NCBI GenBank assembly: GCA_026023565.1
Contig: JAPETS010000011.1
Coordinates: 186,001 to 250,000, forward strand
Direction: 5' to 3'
Length of the DNA: 64,000 nucleotides
Source of the DNA: Cirrosporium novae-zelandiae
Taxonomy: Eukaryota
The notes beneath the pieces were generated by a model. It was not told the DNA's origin. It was given only the letters and a program-made list of their open reading frames with translations, and did no database searches. Below, in pieces: positions 27,601 through 42,900 of the stretch (position 1 is its first letter; each line of letters starts with the position of its first letter). The position numbers and the translations under genes are program-made.

Positions 27601-29245
27601 AATTTATACCCTAATTAAATATATTTTAGACACGTTTTATTTATTTCTAGCGTGAATTAACAGGTATATCGTAGTTTATATTTTATTAAATAGTAATTTT
27701 TAATTCTTTATTTTTTATATATTATGAACGGGAGTTTTATTTTAATTAAAATAATATATTTTTTTAATACGAACCCGGTTCGTATCAATTTTCAGCGGTA
27801 TTTTTCCGGCGTTATTTATACGATTACTATGTTTCGGGATAATAAATAATTATTTTTTAAAAATTTTTTTATTAGATTTAATTTATTTAAATTTTAAATA
27901 TTTTTAGAAATATTTTTTATATTTTTATTTAATATAGGGTTTTTAATAAATATATATTTATTATTATATTGTTTATTTTCGTTATAATCCTTAAAATCTT
28001 TTATTTATATCTAAATAATAATATATTCGTATTAAACTTTTTATTAAATATAGGTTTTAGATTATTCTTTTTATTAATATAGTTTTCCCGTACCCGTAAT
28101 TCAGATAGTACGTTTAAATTAATTAATTTGGTGTTAATCGCCGTTATTATTAATATTATAGAGCCCGAATATTCGGTTTTCTTTTATTAAAAATCAATAT
28201 TTTTTAATTTTTAGATTTTATATCCCCGTTTGTGGACCGAATATATTCTTGTTTTCGGAATTTAATCATTTATTATTTTTCGTTAGATTTATTTATTATT
28301 TTATTGATTATTTCCGTATAAATAATCCCGGTAAATTTTGGCGTTAATTTTACAGAAATTTATTTCGGAATTTTTAATATCAGTGGTAGGATCTTCTATC
28401 TAACTATTTTTGCTGTCTGTTAGAGATTTTTCTGGGTTTTTTTATCCGTTTATATCGTTGTCCGCGTGCTTAATATCTGCGATCCAGTTATTATTCCCGC
28501 TCGGGATATTATTGGGGGGAGTACTGTATTTTTTTTTATTGCCCGTTCGGGCCTAATAACTGGGCTTATATAATCCCCGTTTATAGAATTTTTTATTCCG
28601 TTATACGTAATTTTTACGGTTTTTACCTGGATATATAAAATCTAGATTATTATTATATTTTTTTTTAATTATGAAAAATTTCTATTCGGTAATATATAAT
28701 TTTTTTTAATTTTTTTTCTAAATTTTTATAGTTTTATTATTTCGTTTTTCTAGAACGATTATTCGGGTTTTTAAAGTGAATAATATCTCTCGTAATTATA
28801 TTATAAAATTATCAATTTTTAAAATCTGGTATATTTTTTCTCTGATTACGGGAAATATACGTATTATAATATATTTAGCCGTTTATTTAATTAAAATATC
28901 CCGGTTATTGATCTATTTTCTTTAGAGTTTTTCTCCCCCGTAAAACCTTTCGACGGTGTTTTTCTATCTAATTATTTTTTTTCTGGAATACAAATCGTAG
29001 TACTGAATCGCTAAATTTTATTGTAAAATTTTATTCCGGTTCGTTCGATTCGTTTTTTAGGCGCTGTCGCCTTTTCGTATCCGTTTGATTCTCGCTGACG
29101 GTACGTATATTTATAGTTTCCGATTCTTTCCTATTGCTGCTGGGCTCTATAGGCCTTAAATAGGCCTTAAATATTTAGTATGACGGTCGTCATAATAGTG
29201 AATTGATTTGGCGGCCCGGGGTCACCAAAAAATCGTTTTTTTTCC
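24638..29245 (-). mobile_element. LINE family A (variant A') copy A6, lacks the tail, several internal deletions
   Basis: Collinear with 35450 onward and with A4; ends at the 5' motif ggcccggggtcaccaaaa (29213-29230). Confidence 0.85.
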
Positions 29246-29420
29246 GGGATTAATTCGGGGGTTTTTTAACTGGGGCTTATAACCTGTTACGAAATATCAA
29301 TTCTATTAAATAATTCGGGGAAAAATAGGGTATATCATGACCCGATAAATATCCGACGAGTAATTGGAAAATTTAACTAAAAAATTAAAAATTTTCATTT
29401 TAAAAACGGCTAACACAAAT

Positions 29421-29673
29421 TGTAACGGCCTGCCAAGCATATGCGCTTCGTAGGCGTATAGGCGAGGCTTGGCGCGTGGCCAAACCTTTATGCAGGAGAA
29501 CGCTGTTTGATTCATCAAAACAGCGTTCGATTTTTGTATTTATAGAAGGAATATTTCGAAAATTATTATTATTATTTATATTTTATATACGAATAATATA
29601 TTATATTTATTAATTATATATTTTATTATTTTATTAATTTATTATATTATTTATATTAAATATTATTTTTATA
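29421..29673 (+). repeat. G2 5' LTR
   Basis: tgtaacggcctgcc...; aligns end to end with 45537-45789 through C>T/G>A differences. Confidence 0.85.
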
Positions 29674-32600
29674 ATAATCGAACAATAATTCTATTAACGG
29701 AGAACCATTCGATAAAATAATAAAAAATATAGAATCGATTTCGTTACGATTACGTATCGTAACCGAGATTTAAACGATATTTTTACGTCGAAATAAAATA
29801 TCAGCCCGAATAATTAAATCGGAATAAACGGAATTATTAATTATACAGCCGGAATTAACGATTACGTAAAGAATTTATATAAAAAAAATAAATACGCCAA
29901 AAATATTAAATATATTATCGATTTTAAATATAATACCCGTATAATTAAGATAATAATATAATAAATTAATCGAAATATTAAAAATAAAATTTTTATAATA
30001 TAATAACGTATCGATCGTAACAACGATATTTAAAATATATAGAACGAAAATATTATTAATATATATAAACGTTATTATTTTACCGATAATATATAAAATA
30101 CGGCTGATCCAAATCTATATATATTTAAAATATTATTAACGTATAACGATAAAAATAAAAGAAAATTATATAATTAAATATTAGATTAGCAGATATATTT
30201 AAATACGGCCCCGTATTTAAATACCGATACGAAACGCGTGGTATACGCAGTTACGTTCTTTATTGAATTAACTCGTGAAAAATAGTATCGTTTCTCTAAT
30301 AAAAATATAATTTAGGAAGAATATTTATAATAAATTCGTAATATTATTAAAGATCCCGCGAATCACTAATTGAATATAATTTTGAGATATAACGAAACGA
30401 AATAATTTCCGAATCAGAATATTAGAAAATTTGTTTATTATTTTAAAAAAATTAAAAAGAATATATTAATAAATAATTATAAAAATAATTTAAAAAAATT
30501 TTTAATTTAATAATAAAATTAAAACCTAAATTACGTAATAAAATTATATGAAAAAATTATAAAATAATAAATAAAAAATATATTATTATAATTATTTAAT
30601 AATTCGAAAAAAATATTAAAAAAAAAATTATAATCTAAATTAATATTTATAAATATTATATATAAAAAATAATCGTAGCGACCGGAAACCGATTCTAAAA
30701 TTTAAAAAAAAATAATGATAAATTATTTTTATTATTTAAAAATAATTAAAAAAAAAATTTTTAAAAAATATATTTTAATTATTAAAAATAAAAATATCCT
30801 ATTAAATTTTTAAAAAATATTATAATAATTTCCGTAACGTTTAATAAAAATTTTAAAAAAATTAAATATATTCGAATAATAATTATTATCGTTATTTTAG
30901 ATTTTAAATAAAAAATAATAATATTAATTAATACCGGAATTCAAAAAATTTTTTATTATAAATAAAAAAATTAAAATTTATATAATTAATAAATATATTA
31001 TTTTAATTTATAAATAATATTTTATCCCTATTTATATTATAAATATATAAGATTTAAATAAAAAATATTAATAGATTTTTTTAATTATTAATATTCGAAA
31101 ATACGATATTATGTTAAAATATTTATAATTTAAAAAATTTTTATTTATTTATCGGTAAAAACGAAAAAAATAATATTATTTAAAATCGATATTAATTATA
31201 TTAACGATTACAGATTTTATAAAAATTATTATTAAAATAATAAAAAAAAATTAAAATGTTAAATTCTAATATACGCCGTATATACGTATTTTATTTCGGA
31301 TATATAATACGTACGAAAAATATATAATAATTATTGTAATATACAATTATATATAATCGAAATAATTAATATAATTTTTTTTTCAAAATATTTAGAATTC
31401 TAAAATATATTTATAGAAAATATTAATTAAAATTGTTTAATATAAATTAAAATAATATATAAAATCGATATTTAAAAAAAAATAAAATATCGTATAAAAC
31501 GATTTATATATTATTAATAATTAAATTATATATATTACGTTAATATATTAATAATAATTTAGAAAAAAATTCGATTCGGGAATTAAAATTATTAGAAAAA
31601 CCTTTTATTTTATTTGTAAAAAAAAAAAATAATAATTTACGTTTATATATTAAGTATAAAAAATTTATTAAAATAATATTTAAAAATCGTTATTTATTAT
31701 TTTTAATTAAAAAAATTATTAATAAATTATTAAAAATAATTATATTTATTAAATTAAATATAAAAAACGTATATTACCGGATTTATATAAAACGGAACGA
31801 CGAATAATGAACTATTTTTCGTATATATTATAAATATTTTAAATCTTTAATTATATTATTTAAATTAATTAATATTTTTATTATATTTCAAATATATATT
31901 AATAAAATTCTAAAAGAATTATTAAATATTATATATATCGCGTATATAAACGACGTATTGATTTTTAATAAATTAAACGAGAATTATACGATTTATATAC
32001 GATAAATATTAGAACGTTTAAAAAAATATAGATTATATATAATATTATTTAAATATAAATTTTTTTAAATTTATTATCGGAGCGTAAAATATTTCGATAA
32101 AATTAAATAAAATAGAAATAATCTAGAATTAATCTAAATTAATAAATTATCGAAATATTCAGATTTTTCTAGAATTTACGAATTTTTATAAAAAATCTAT
32201 TTTTAAATAATTTATAAAAACAGAATATATATTTAAAAAATTAATTAAATATTTTACGACGATTCTTATATTATAATATTTTAATCCAGAATTATATATT
32301 CGAATAAAGATAGATATTTCGGGATTGAAAATTATAATTATTTTATTTTGATTATTTATTTTATATAAAAAAAATATACGAAATAAATAATATCCGATTA
32401 TATTTTAATTTCGGAAATTAATTATTACGGAATTAAATTATAATATTTATAATACGGAATTAATAATAATTATAAAAATTTTTAAAAAATAAAAATATTA
32501 TTTTAAAAAAACGTTATATATAATATAACTATTAAATAATTATAATAATCTACAGTATTTTATAATAATAAAACAATTAAATAAACGATAAATATATTAA

Positions 32601-35600
32601 ATTAAAAATTTCGTTATTTATAATTTCGAAATTATTTTTTAATAAATAAATTATTTCGAAAACCGGATTATAATATTAAAGAATTAAAAAATTAAAAAAC
32701 TAAATATTAAAAATATTAAAATAAAAAATATAAATAATATATTTAAATATAATAAAAACATAAAAATAAATATTTCAAAATTTATAAAAAACTAATTACG
32801 TGGTCCGTTCGTAAATACGTACGAGAAATATATAGAAAAATATCGCTCTATAATAGTAATATATTAGATACGTTTATTAATTATTTTATATTTTTATAAA
32901 ATAAGGACGTCTGGTACAGAAATAAGGCCTAGGAATTATTCCCAAATAAATAATTCTAAAAAGAAATCTTAAAAAATAAATAGAATATAAACGATACGAA
33001 TTTAATACCATATAATAGCGTGGTATATATTTTTACGATCCCGTTATTTGAAAAAAAATTATATATAATTAATTATATCGGATCGAAAAAATCTATTTAT
33101 TTTTATATAATAAATAATATTCTATTATTATATATATACGAAATATAGATTATTTATAGTTTTTTATATTTAAATAAACGGATAAACTGAAAAATAAAAT
33201 TAAAATCTAAAAATATATTTAAAATATTATATAAATAAAAATTAAAATAATTAAATTAAATTATTTATAAATATATAATATACGTATAATAATAATATAA
33301 ATATTTAAATAAAAATAATTTTATTTAATCGATATTATAAATTTAAATTAAATTTACGTATAAATATCGTTCTCGATATTTTTAAAAAAGAAAATATTAA
33401 TAACGAAAAAATTTACGGAACGTCTATAATCCGAAAAAAATAAAAAATTTTAAAAACGTATATAAAATACGATAAAAAAATATTACAATTAAAAATATAA
33501 ATAAAAATCGTATAATATTAAAAATGAAATATTATTATTAATATAATATTTTTATTTATATAAATTAAATAAAAAATTTAGCGATAAATTTATAAATTTA
33601 TTTAAGATAATTAATATTATAAAATAAAATATATATAATTTATAATTATTATTTATATATTATTATTAGAATTATATTACCGAAAAAATAATAAATTTTT
33701 TCTAGGATCTATAAAAATAGAAAATAAAAAAAAATATATTATAAAATACGTGCTAAACGAACGCGTCTATAAAAGAATACGAAAATTCTTAATAAAATAA
33801 AAAAAATAGAACGAAGAATAAAATAATTAATAATCGGAAAAAAATATTAAAAAATATAAAAAAAAAAACAAATTTAAAAAAAATTAAAAAAAATAAAATA
33901 TATAATAAAAACGGAATATTTATAAAAAAACCGTAATTATATAATAAAAATATAAAAACCCGAAATATATTATTTATTTAAAATTATTTAATTTATTATT
34001 TTTATTATAATTATCGTTTTTTTTTATATTTTTTTTATTAAAAAATTTTTCGATAAACCGATTATTATTTTTATTATTTTTATTATTATTATTTATACGA
34101 AATATATTAAAATTTTAATATTTTTTTTATTTATCTTTTTTATAGTTTTATTATTACGAAAAAATTTTTATTAAACGGAAATAAAAATAACAATAATAAA
34201 AAAAACCGCCGCGGGAATATATAAAAAATCGTTAAATATTTTCGGTTTAATTCTATTTAGATTAAATAAAAAAAAATATTATATTATCAATATTAGAAAT
34301 ATAAATATAATAAAAAAAAATATTTATTATTATATAATATATATTAATATTTACGCGGACCGTATAAATAAATTCGGCCAAAATAATATTTTTTAAAAAA
34401 AAATAGAAAAATTAATAGAAATTATAAAAAAAACGCGTAATCGTTTTAAAATATTTATTATTATTATTCTAATTTTAGAAATATTTTATATATTAAAAGT
34501 TAACGTATAAATATATTTAATAAATAATTTTAAAATTTTATTTATCGGATTTATTAAATACCGAATCGATTTTAATTAAAAATTAAAAACGGTATTTTTT
34601 AAAAAAATAAAAATTTAAATAAACGTTATTATTATAACCAATATACGAAAAATATAAAAATATTTACCGAAATATAAATATATTTTAATTTTATATAATA
34701 ATTATATTTCCGATAATCCAGTTTAATTATATATATTAGATTTAGTTTATTTTTATTGTCCCGAATTATAAGACGGATATATTTCTAATATTAACGATAT
34801 ATTTGTCTACGGCTCGATTCAATAATACAACAAAAAAAAACTAAAAAAATTATTAAAACGGCGAAATAAATCGCCACCCCTATTTTTAATAGTAGAATCA
34901 GTTTTTTTTAAAAAATAACTAGCGTTTTATTTACGACGGACCCATAAGCAGTAGAAAAACGGGGAACTATCGTTATAAAATAAAATAATAATCAAAAATA
35001 AAAAATAAAAAATGTAATCAAAAATTATAAATAAAATAAATATAAAATAAATAAAAAACAAAAAATTAAAAAAAATATAAAAAGAAATTATAAAAGAAAT
35101 TTATTATTTAAATATAAATAAAATATATAATGATGATGATTATTCATTGTTTTATATTTATATATCGCTTAGAAGCTATAACGGACTTTATTTAAGGGTT
35201 TTAGACCTTTTTATATCTTTTTTCGGGCTTATTTTTAATTAAAATAATAGGGATTAATTTTTTTGATTCGATTATATAGTTTATTTTTTTGGTTTTTTAG
35301 AATTATTTAATTTATTTAATCGGATAGCCTTTAGCGTTATTTCGGTATCCGAATTTTATAAATGGGTTTATTCGTATTTATTTTTCGATTTTTGATTTTT
35401 GCGTTTTATATATACGTTTATCCCGTTTTTTTATTACGGGCCCAATTTTTATTTAATATTTGATTCGTTTAGGTTTTTTTTTTCGTATCCGGGTTCTATC
35501 TATTTTTCATTTAAATAAATTTCGCGGTTTATTTTTTCGTATTTAATTTAGAACTGGGGTTTTTTATCCCTATATTATTTAAAAAAACGTATTTCATTTT

Positions 35601-36769
35601 TCGAAAATTTTCGGTTTTTTAATACGAAAATTAATTTTTTTTATTAATTATATTAGGCTACCGTTTTTTTCGTTTTTTTATTATTTTTTATAAACGGGTT
35701 CTAATTATTTTTTATCACGGGTATATTAATATTAAATAAAAAATATTTTAATATAAAATTTTATATTATTAATATTCTGGAATAATAATAATTTTTATAT
35801 AATATATATATTTTCCGGTAACAGCGTATTTTATTTTTAATTAATAAAATTTATTTATTAATTTTTAAATATATATTTTAATATCCGATTTTTTTTATAT
35901 TTTAAATATATTCGATAAAATTTATTAAATAATTTTTTTATTTTTTAATTATATAATTAATTATATATTTTTATAATCCGTTTTTCGGTTATATTACGGG
36001 CTATATAGATTAACGAAATTTATTTAATTATTTTATTATTTTTTAACGCTACGTTTATTTTAGCTATTTAATTAATTATTTCGTTTTTAAATATTTTATA
36101 ATATTTTAAAATTTATTTAATCGCGATTTTCGTTTTTTAATTAATTAAATATTTAATATATTTATATATCATTTATACGATTTTTTAATTTTTTTTAATT
36201 TTTTTTTTAATTTATTTGATCGCCGATTACGAATCGAATAATAATATTATTATTTTTTCGGGGATTATTTAAATATTTAGATTTATTTTAATTATTATTT
36301 TTAAAATTATTTATATTTTTTAAAATTTTATAAGAAATAATTTTTTATTTTAACCGAAATAATATTTTTATATTATTTACGGGGTTTTTTCGATTATTTT
36401 TTAAATTATTCCCGTTTTTATTTTATAATTATTTAATTTAAATTTATTCGATTAATATACGTTTTTTTACTTTTACGTTAATATTTCGTTAAAAATTTAT
36501 TATTCGGGAAATATTATTATTTTTTTTAATTATTTAGATTTTTTCGATTTTAAAATTTAAATTTATAATTTTTTAGATTATTATTATAATTAAATATTAA
36601 TTTAACGTATTTTTTTTAATTTTTGAAATTTATTAAAAAAACTTTTGCGATTATTTTTTTAATTAAATATTTATATTTTTTATTTTTAATATTATAAATA
36701 ATATTAAATTCGTTAAATATTTTTTGATTTTTTAAAAATACCGAAATCCGTATTTTTTTTATATAATAT

Positions 36770-36920
36770 TGTCAGGGGACCCTAGGTCATGCAATGCCTA
36801 AGGTTCTGATTTGGGTGATATTTAGGTTGGTTGGTTGTCTAGGCTAGGGAGGAGGCTCACCTTATAAAATGAGCCTAGGGTCTATACCCTAATAGTCTAA
36901 CCTAAAAGGGAACCGTAATA
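36770..36920 (-). repeat. G1b 3' LTR (least mutated G1 LTR)
   Basis: tgtcaggggaccctagg...gggaaccgtaata. Confidence 0.9.
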
Positions 36921-39900
36921 GGTCCTTTTTTTTCAAAAAACCAGCGTTCTCGCTGGGGGACTTTTTTTCTAAAATATTTTTATTATTATACAAAATCGCC
37001 CAAGAAACTATATATCGAGAAATATCTGATTTTTTTACCGCTAAAAAGAATTTTATAGAAATACGTAAAAAAAAAAAATCACGTTTCAATTTTTATTCGA
37101 TTTCGATTAAAAATTTTAATTGTCTATTTTCCGCGGCGTCCTAATATTCCAAATATTTAATTTTTCTTAAACCGGGTTTTTTTTAGAACGACCTCGAGAT
37201 CGCCTTGGCGCGTCTGGGTCGGGGAATAAATGGATTCGGGGACGGCCAGACCGTTTCGTTGGCCCGGACGCGCTAATAATTACGTTATTCTCGATAAATA
37301 TTATTATTTTGAGCGCGTTATCAGCCGTTAATATATTATCTAAAATAAAATTTTTTCGTACGATTTACGTTATTTCGTAATTTTATATAAGTTCGTCGAT
37401 ATCCTCTAATTTATTGGTATTATATCAAATATTTTATTCCGGATTATAATTTTTTTATTTGATTAAATATTTTATTATTTCCGTACGTTTTTTATCGAAA
37501 CGTTTTACGCGTTTATCGACGAAATATTCGATATTATATAATTTAATTTTATTTCCAGCGTTTATAAAAATATTTTTCGGAAATACTAAAAACGCACGAT
37601 TGTATAAATTTTTATTTAAAACGGGCTCAAAATACGCAATCGAAAAAATATTATAAATATATTAATAAATTAGTAATTCTAATCTATATATTAATTAGCC
37701 GATACGTTTAAAAACCCGAAAAAATCCCGCGTATTATAAAAAAAATTTATTATTTAAAATAAAAAAAATATTATATTTTTTATATAATTTTAAATAAACG
37801 AAATCCCTTAATTTAAAATATATTACCGTATACGTTTTATCATAATATTTTTTAATAATTAGCGCGGCTATCGTTAAAACGTTCTAAATTTTTTGTTGAA
37901 TTATTTTTTTATTAACGTCGAATAAATTTTTAAATATAACGATATTTAGAATATCAATATTAAAATTTTTTTTGATTCGGAAACCGTAAATAATTTTTAT
38001 TAGAGAATCTGCCGGTTGTAATAAAAATATTGATAAAATATATAATCTATAATTAAAGAAAAATCGTGAACTAATCACTCGGTTTTAACAGATAAAGAAT
38101 TAAAAAACGAAACGAGATTTCGAGATTTTAATTTAATTTTTCTAATTAATTATCCGTCTGCGGATAATAAATTATAAAATAAAATAATTCGATTTTAAAA
38201 TATATAAATATCGCTCGCCAGATTTCAGCCAAAATTTTTTTATCCCGATCGGATATAATAATTTTCGGGATTTTCTAATTTATTATTCGTAGTTTATTAA
38301 TTAAACGAGATTTTTATTATTCAACGGTATAATTCGTTTTTCCCAATAATAAAACTATTATTTTAAAAAATTTATCGATAATAAATATCGTATAATCGTA
38401 TTTTTATTATAATTTAAAGAGAACGAAAATAAAATCGATCGTAATTATATAAAAAAAAATCGGCGGGATAAAAATTGATTATAAAAAATATAAAATTTAT
38501 ATTTTTTAATTTGGTTAATTCGGTACGTGGGATAAAATATAATATATTCCCGTAAACGCGTCGCTAATCGGGGAATAAAATACGATTGGGCGATTCGTAG
38601 ATAATTTCGGTGGAAATTTTTATACGTTTTTTTATTATATATCTAGGCGAAAACTCCTGGAACGAGATTCTCGGAATATAAAAACGATAACGTCTATCGT
38701 CCGGATTCTAATAATATATTAATTTTTTAGCGAATAAAAAAAATAGCGATATTATTTATTCGAGTTTTTTATTTATTTATATTTTATTTCTAATTTTTAT
38801 TTATTTTTTATTTTTTATATATCTAGCAATCAATTTATTATAAAAAATTTTGTTTATTTTTATTAACGAAATAATATATAAATAATAATCTACGGCCGTA
38901 TAATCGACGAAAAAAAAATCGAGAATAGAATTATTATAACCGGTAGAAAAAACGAGGTTCTATAAACGAGAAAAAATATTAAACACGATATTCGTTTTTC
39001 CGGATTTATATCGGACCGAGATATTGAATTGCTGTAAATATACGGACACGTAAACGAATTTTAAATTCAATTTATTTATAGAAAAAAATATCAGCGAGAT
39101 CTGCGTAAAAATAGAGATAATTACGCCGTAATCAGTTTATATAATCGTTTTTAAAAAAATTTCGATTAAATATTTAATTTTACGGATTATTTATATAATC
39201 GCGATTATCTCGAGCTCGGTTATTTAATAATTTTTTTCAGCCGGAATAAATATTTTATTTAGGAAAAAAATAAATAATACCAAATTTCTAAAAAGAATTT
39301 TATTATCGGCGATTAAATATTTCGTATAATATATTATAACGTTTATTCCGAATTTTTTCGAAACGTTAATATCGAAATATAACGTTTTATTCAGATCGAT
39401 ATAAATAAATATTTTTGTATTAACAAAACTGTCCTGAAATTATTAGAAAAAAACTTTTTCGGTTTTTATAAATAATTTAAACCGGAGAATTCTCCGGTAA
39501 ATACGTTTCGTATCGTTTTCGAATCGTATATTTCGTAATAAAAATATTTTTCGTTAATAAAACGATTCAATAATTTGGGCGTAAAAAAAAATATATTGGC
39601 GTAATTAATCGGTAAAATCTGAATAAATTTTTAGATTTCTAAACGTCGTTAAAAAAATAAATTTAATAATCGTTCGTAATTTATTTTCGGAGATTATAAA
39701 TACTAAAATATTTATTTTCTGACCGAGTAATTTGACGCTAGAAAAGCCTAAAAATAATTTAATAGAATTTAGAGCTATATTTATTTCGAGTAGATCGGCG
39801 AATATATTTTTAAAATATCGTATATATATTTTTAAAATCTCCGAATCGACGACGAAATCGTCGAAATAGATTTTAATATATTTTTTATATTTTTTTATTA

Positions 39901-42900
39901 TTCTATCGATTATTCGTTAGATATAAAAAACTGAATTTCTATATTTTATAATAATGACGTTAAAACGTTCCTGATTTCGATAAATAACGACGACGAATTT
40001 ATATTTATTCTAAAAATATATTCGCTATTAATAAAAAAAAAATACAATCTATCGTAATAATAAAAAAATAATTTCTAACGATAATAATAACGTTAGATTA
40101 TAAAAAAATAGAATATAAATTAAATTAAATAATTTTATTAAAATTTTTGATATCGATAATTACGCGTTTTTTTTTTTAAATTCGGCGCCGTTTTTATAAA
40201 TCGTTTTTTAAACGACGAAAACGGGGTAATTAAACGGGATAGATTTAATATTTTATTTTATCCGGTTTTAATTATATAATTTATCGAATATTTCGTTAAT
40301 AATCTGCCTATTTTTAGAATTAATTAAATAAATTTTAGCTGTTCTAAATATTTATTTTTCCCAGCCGTCGATAAGTGGGATACGGAACCAATTATTTTCG
40401 GGGACGTCGACGACGTTGCCGCGGTCTTTCTAAAATTCAAAAAAATTTATAGCGATTCCAGCGATTTATACGATAATAAATTTAGATATATTCGTATCGC
40501 CGTAAATTATTAAACCGTTAAAGAATTTTATTTTACGTATACGGCCGTTCTCGTCCGTGTCTGCAGAATAGATTTCTCTAGCGGAAAAAACCGAAAAAAC
40601 CGTTTTTATTTAATTTTATTCGTCAAAAATTTTCCGGGTATTGACGAAAAAAATTCTGATTTTCGTTAAAAATTTTATTTCCGTATTTACGTATTAATAG
40701 TTTTTTTGATCGTAATCGGTAATAACGTTTATACGTGTTTTTGTAGAAATAAATATTATTTATACGGAACTATTATATATTTCGATATATATTAAATCCG
40801 CGTTAATTAGAGCGGAATAAAAATCAATCGAATAATAATTAGATTTAAAAAAATAATCGCGGTCAATAAATAAAAATTTATTAAAATTAATAGAAATATT
40901 TAATTTCGAATAAAAAAAAATAATCTGGTTTTTTTTATTAAAAATCGTTCGTTTATATTTATTTTTTTTTAATACTACGTAAATACGTATTTATACGTTT
41001 TTATACCGCGGGAAATTAAATATTTTTTTATAATAATTGACGATAATATTCTAAAAATTTAAAATATCGAGACCGATAAATAATTTAGCTCGGAAATTAT
41101 CGACGACGTATATTTTAATAAAAATACGGGTTATTTTCCCGTTTTTAATAGGGAAAAAAAGATCCTGAACGATATATTCCCCGTATTAATAAATATTTGG
41201 ACCGATATTCCGGACGTTAATAAAACTAGTTATAAATTTAATCCTATCTATAAAATTAAAAATGTTCCGTTCGAAATATTTACGATCACCGAAAATAATC
41301 GTATAATTAATATTTATATAGCAACTGTCACTGTCAACGTCGGGGGAAAAACGAATTTCCGTTTCGGCGTAATATTATTTCTTAAACGCGTAACCGTTAT
41401 TTTATATTAGAAAAACAGATAAATCGACGATTATTAATTTTACGTTAATTTATTTAACTGGCGCGTCAAATTTTTTATTAGAGAAAAGGGAAAAAAATCT
41501 AATACGTTTTTTGCGTGCGCAGCTTCTTTTCAAATATTTATATAAAAAATTGTTGTTTGCGAACGACGTTTTATAATTTTTGTATTCGATATTTAGAATA
41601 TTAACGTGAAACGAATAGGTAAATTTTTTTTTAGGGGTATATTTATATTTTGCTGGGGTAGAAAAATAAGAAAATCTCTCGAGATTAATCACGTAATTAT
41701 TTAACGAAACGAATTGTATTTTAGCGTTTGGATACTCGTTTTATTGCCCGTCAATATTTATTTTAAATTTCTTTTGTTCCGTTGACGCGTTATATATCCG
41801 AAATATATTATACGGATATTATTAGGCTATTTATATCGATTTATTTTAAAAGATTATTCGGCGCGTTAATCGGGGTTTATTTATCGACTAGGCGGCGATA
41901 TTACAGAAAATAACCGGTATAAAAAATTCTGTTACGATCGTCGATTTGTAATAAACGTAAACGTTATTATTAAAACGGGAAACGATTATTAATAAAATAA
42001 AAACGATTTTCCGATATTTAATATATTTTATCGGAACGCTGTAAATAGGAATTCTAAAAATAATTATATTTATCCTGAAATAATTTAAATTGATATTAGG
42101 TATTCGGGAAACGTGCGTTATTATATAAAAAACGGCGGAAATTATTTCGTTAAAAAAAATTACGAAAATTACGTTATTACGGAATTTTTTAATCGTATCG
42201 ATCGGCGTATTAATTCCGTTATCGGATAAAACGTTAAACGAAATCGCGCCAGTTAATTTATTTAATAAAAAACGTAATTTAGAATTATTTAATTATCGTG
42301 CCGGCGATTAATTCGTCGATTAATTATTTAAATACAAATTTAATATTTTTTTATATTCGGATAACGTTAGAAAATTTATTAATTTCCCCGATCTATTTAA
42401 TTATTACAAAAATTTAAATGACGTATTTAATTAAAAAAAAATCCGTTTTAATATTAATCAATATATATTTCAATAAATCAAAATATTCCTGAACGGCAGT
42501 CGATAATATCGCGAAACGGTATTTTAGCGCGGAATATTATTTTTCTAGATTATTTTCTTTTATTGTAAAATTAATACGCGTCGAACTAAAAAATTTATAA
42601 ATCTATTATTGTTGTGTTTTATTTAGAAAACAATTATTTAGATTCCGTTAAAAAATATTTTTATTTTTAACGTTAGTTTTGGTTTTAAATTTAGCCGTAA
42701 ATATATAGATTTATCGGTAGAAAATTTTGCTATTTTTTACAACGTATATTTTTATACCCTAGCTCGCGGGTATATCAGGGAAAAAATAGCCAATTAAAAC
42801 GGGTTTAAAAAATATTTTTCTAAAAATTAAAAATAGTAGTTTCGGCGCCGATTTATTAAATAATAAATATTTAAATAAATCGGATCTATTTTTTTTCCGA

